DNA from: Squalus acanthias
Lineage: Eukaryota
Length of the DNA stretch: 64,000 nt
Direction: 5' to 3'
Assembly (NCBI GenBank): GCA_030390025.1
Contig: CM059446.1
Coordinates: forward strand, 55,986,001 to 56,050,000
The notes below the pieces were generated by a model, which saw nothing but the letters and a program-made list of their open reading frames with translations, was not told the DNA's origin and ran no database searches. This document shows positions 63,226 through 64,000 of this stretch, in pieces (position 1 is the first letter of the stretch; every line of letters starts with the position of its first letter). The translations under genes were made by a program, and so were the position numbers.

Positions 63226-63676
63226 CTAGACTAGTTGGTTTGATCAGCTCATCAAGAATGTCATAAAAAGGCAGTTTCTGCAGTTTTACATCCGGGTGGA
63301 CAGGATGGAGCGATGATGTCAGGTGTGGCAGGTCTAGTTCGTGTTTAGGTCCCAACAGAGAAACAGCAAGCAGCGGAGATGTTGTTGCGTGCCCATCATA
63401 GGAGAGCTGTGGGATAGCAGATGGCGACAGTGGCGTAGTCATGGAAGCTGATGTTGTATGGACAGAAGAAAGGGTCAGGTCGGTGGGGGTCACAATCTTC
63501 TGTGGGAATCTCCGCCTATATAGTTCCTTAATTTTCATCTGAACAGCTGGGCTGCAGCCAGCTTTCAACAAATGCAGTGCCTTTGTCAGGAGTTCGTGTT
63601 TACGACCGTGTTTGTTCCGTCCAGCATAGCCCAATAACACTTGGAGCTCCGACACTCTAAGGCTCATAACCATTTG
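63226..63676 (-). CDS. PIAS1: PIAS1 coding exon 2 (SAP domain with LxxLL motif; start of PINIT domain)
   Basis: Translates QMVMSLRVSELQVLLGYAGRNKHGRKHELLTKALHLLKAGCSPAVQMKIKELYRRRFPQK...KLQKLPFYDILDELIKPTSL, matching vertebrate PIAS1. AG acceptor at 63678-63677, GTAAG donor at 63225; 451 nt, phase 0/1. Confidence 0.97.
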
Positions 63677-64000
63677 CTTTAAAGATGGGAGGGGAAAAAA
63701 AGGAAAAAGAGAAAATCATTAATAGGAAAATGCTGTCTCGTGATGGATTAATGCAATGTTCTTACATCCACGGGGGTCTGTACTACAAAAACAAATTACA
63801 CCTCATGCATCCCATCACAAATCAATTCAAGATTTCAAATTAGTACCCAGTCCAAGCAAGGGTTGATGCATTAACTAGCATCCAATACCCTAAACAAGTC
63901 TAATCTGCAGCAGCAAGTGACCTCGTTTAAGTAAAGATTTTTCAAAATTGAATTCAAAGTTTACAGTCTTTCTTGGGGTTTACAGTTACAGTACATTACA

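Overview
Vertebrate genomic DNA, almost certainly from a cartilaginous fish (shark-type HE1/V-SINE, Deu-domain SINE, CR1 and Penelope-like repeats). The one protein-coding gene I can support is PIAS1 (SUMO E3 ligase) on the minus strand. Coding exons 2-14 lie between 63676 and 15773, all with GT-AG boundaries and consistent phases, and sum to 1929 nt (642 aa + stop). Exon 1 lies beyond the right edge. A 3' UTR of about 2.9 kb probably ends near a poly(A) signal at 12913-12918. Introns and the downstream 12 kb are full of CR1/L2 LINE fragments, at least four SINE families, MITE-like DNA elements, a 30-bp G-rich minisatellite and a 150-N gap. The most notable non-genic signal is a set of Penelope-like retroelement ends carrying minimal hammerhead-ribozyme motifs. 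Several are very short insertions flanked by target-site duplications (TSDs), one has a locally templated 33-bp capture, and two are collapsed into perfect hairpins inside PIAS1 introns. Candidate muscle-type (MEF2/E-box) and promoter-like elements lie at about 4.2-7.7 kb. I found no clearly new gene system. Family names, exon numbering and human exon sizes come from recall, not database searches, and most repeat boundaries are approximate.
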